The position numbers and the translations under genes were made by a program. The notes under the pieces were generated by a model. The model made no database searches and had not been told where the DNA came from. It saw only the letters and a list, made by a program, of their open reading frames with translations. A stretch of 64,000 nucleotides of DNA. Origin: Lepidodermella squamata. Lineage: Eukaryota > Animalia > Gastrotricha. Every line of letters starts with the position of its first letter. The first letter of the stretch is position 1. Positions 61,301-64,000 of this stretch are shown here, piece by piece. Location: positions 868,001 through 932,000 of the forward strand of contig JBLDXI010000031.1 in the NCBI GenBank assembly GCA_047495785.1, given 5' to 3'.

Positions 61301-64000
61301 AAAGGCTTGCAAACTACTTCTCGATAAAGTTAATGCCCCAGTTGAATTCACGATAATTGCACCTGCGGCTCGTACAGTTGCTGTTGTCATCTCAATCGAG
61401 CCATTCTCGGCGATCAGTTGAAGATCGCCTTCTGCAGACGAAACTGTTGTAGATCGAATAGAAATTGTTTGAACTTTGACAAACAGACTTCCTTGAATCA
61501 TTAATGGCGTATCAATCACAGCTTTAAAGTCAGAAATTACTACAGAAAGCAGTTTTTTAATCGCTGGAACCTTCTTTTGCAAATTGTTAGCCAAGAATCG
61601 ACTCAGGGATTGAACAGGTTCCCCTTGGCGCAATGTTCCATCACGGGAACAACAGTAATAGGCTGGTATTTTTGTTTCAATAAATAGTTCACCAAACCGA
61701 GACCGATCAGGATCAAGAGCCATCAATAGAGAATTCGATCTAATCCATGTCGCATTTTCAACGGTAGCGAAGCTCATTCCCTGAATCTCAGTCATTCCTA
61801 ACCCGACGAAGCAGATTGGTTCAAGGATTAAGTTATTGCCAACTGCCAGATTTCTCGCCTCAATCGGATATGCCTCAACGAGCGAATAGCGAACTTCGCA
61901 TACTGAGGCCGTTTTGAACGACGGCCCTGTAACCTTGATGATCATATCGCGGGCCGCCGTGCATCCATGAGCTTCGATCGAATTGTTGGCGATTAAGATC
62001 AAGTCAACAAGGCTTTCGACATTCCGAGCACTAATATAAGTGGCATTCATGAAAATAGAGCCGCCTGTAGTTATATTTATCCCAGAGACCGATCTGGGTG
62101 TTGAAATCGAGGAAATTCCGTTTGTAGATAGGCCTTCGGCCGTGATCGAATCCGATGCAGAACGTAATAAAAGGCGGTTAATACCATAGAGGTTGAACGC
62201 TGAAATGTTCATGTTGGCTTCAATTTCCAGAGAAAAGTTTCCAAGGGCATTCGGATTCCTCCACTCCTGCGAAATCTCAAACTTTGATTTGATGGTTTTC
62301 AAGTGTTCATTCATTTTGAGGTCGCAAAAGAAGCCGCAATTTGATACTGTCACAACGCTTGTCCAGCTCTGTAGCGACAAATCGTTAGCTAACCGTAATT
62401 GCCCGATTTTGATTTCACCAAAAGATTTTATGACAGTAGTATGATTCTGCTCGGAGAATGCGGTAGCATTTGCAATCAGAATTCCTCCAGCTTCAACAGA
62501 TGCGCATTTAAGCACGCTGCCTATTGTCAAGTTCCCTTGAACCGTTACAGAAATGTTTTCGGCGAGCAAAATATCACTCCGTAAATGGCTGCCCGCCGAA
62601 ATCCGCAGAGAATTATTTCCATATAAGCGCTGTTGAGCCGTGATGACTAATTTCGACGAACACTCAACTGTTGTAAAAGCTGACTCGCCTTGATCAAAAT
62701 CAATGCCGTTGCCTGTTTCAAAGAAACAGCTGTCACTGGTCAACATCGGCAGGGCGAGTTGAATAGAGCTCATGTTCGAAATGGCAAGTGTGTTAGTCTT
62801 GAGTGAGGAAAACGATTTCCCATGTAGGTAAACGCCATAGCACTCGAACGGTGATTTGATGACAAGAGATTTAACAAGAATTTTGACTGAATTCAACTCG
62901 ATGTGCATACCATATGTACTCGAGTTGTACACTGAGGGAAAGTCCGAACCGGAATCCGGCCCCTCTAAGATAACTTCGGATTCTGGAGCTATGAAATCCG
63001 AAATAAAGTTGAACTTCCAGCTCTGGAGAATAATTCTTTTAGGTTGTATGGAAAATGAAGCGTCAATGTTCAAAGTGGCGTTGTTCAGTGATCTTACAAC
63101 AACAGTATCCGTGACAGCGAAGTCTCCGGTGAAATTGACGTCCTTCTCCTTAGCAAGTTCCAGCTGAAGCCTGATTGCGGATATGGAACCATTGCCTGAG
63201 GCTAAATAGGTACCTGCAGCAATGAAGATATCATTCGCTCGAAGTAATCCTCGATTTCTCACTGCTTCGGAGGCTCCAATAACAAGTGCCGATTCATCCG
63301 CTGCTATTTCAGCGTCTATTCCATTGTCGAGCTCAATTCCAGCAGAAATGGTTACCAGATGCGGTTTAATCAAACGAGTTTTGGGTCTGAGGACGATAGC
63401 TTTATTGTAATTTTCTCGCTTAGTATTTAAATTTACCTGTTCACAACGGAACCCTTTGCAGTTTTGAGTATTAGTGAAGATGCGTTGGGATGATTCAGCT
63501 GAGAAGGGAGTTCAAACGATAAATTCTGGCCTGACATTACGATCCGGTTAATGCCTAGCTTGCTGTAGCCTTCAATTACCGCCTTGAAATCAACCATCGA
63601 AGTTTGCCGACGTTTACGAACACGCTGATTCACGACGCCGAAAGTTATGTTTCCATCTACCGTTTCAACGTATATTTCGAAGCCATTCGCTACAACATCA
63701 GCAACTGCTCCTTTAACTGACTTTTTGTTTGCATCAATTACCACGCCTATTGCGATGCTGGCGATTAACAATGCTGATATAATTACTCCAGCAGCGATGA
63801 GAATTTTCGTGGTGCGATTTTGGGTGCATCGCTTGCTATGGCCGTCGAGGGGTGGCGTAGTGGATGAACTATGAGGAACGTGATACATTGCCTCCCGCGA
63901 TGTTTTAGGTTTCCTAGTTCCAAGCTCTGCCACTTGCAGTTTCCTCATGTCGCTCCTAGGCGCTACATCGTTGCTCCGGTTGATGCGATCGTCGGGCCCA
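58339..64000 (-). CDS. CdiA/filamentous-haemagglutinin-like protein with C-terminal lipase domain and N-terminal type II TM anchor, at least 1751 aa; interrupted by a solo LTR
   Basis: Introns 63436-63387 and 58484-58431 plus removal of the 60492-60736 insert join three ORFs in frame; haemagglutinin-repeat-like strands; VVFRGTD, GHSLGG, FNA, GDIA, DRHG; frame still open at the window edge. Confidence 0.8.
60492..60736 (-). mobile_element. Solo LTR (245 bp)
   Basis: TG...CA termini, 5-bp TSD GCCTT (60487-60491 / 60737-60741), minus-strand TATA-like and AATAAA signals. Confidence 0.9.

Noticed and set aside
58339-64000. Bacterial contamination as the origin of the CdiA-like sequence
   Set aside because: It has spliceosomal introns of the same size class as neighbouring genes, a eukaryotic solo LTR insertion, a TM anchor and furin sites, and no operon context

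Overview
Eukaryotic, very probably animal, DNA: compact genes with about 50-57 bp GT-AG introns, receptor tyrosine kinases, a collagen, a Ly6-type protein and a Cys-loop channel remnant, densely interleaved with transposons. The first 42 kb is a birth-and-death cluster of an unusual receptor family: signal peptide - LamG-like - SEA-like - LamG-like - catalytically dead trypsin-like domain - Ser/Thr stalk - TM - MET-like tyrosine kinase. It holds one intact copy, one copy split by an intact intron-containing piggyBac, a pseudogene, fragments and a kinase-less inverted paralogue. Mixed in are a pseudokinase with 21 near-identical ankyrin repeats, three identical intron-containing tRNA-Ile(TAT) genes and a 70-aa secreted-peptide gene absent from the ORF track. 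The right part has a beta-propeller/GT91-like gene, a Ly6-type gene, two cathepsin-L-like genes, a short collagen and a Crypton tyrosine-recombinase transposon. At the right end is an intron-containing gene of at least 1751 aa built like a bacterial CdiA/filamentous-haemagglutinin toxin with a C-terminal lipase. It has a eukaryotic type II membrane anchor and furin sites and is interrupted in this haplotype by a solo LTR. All domain calls come from motif recognition by eye; no database searches were run.
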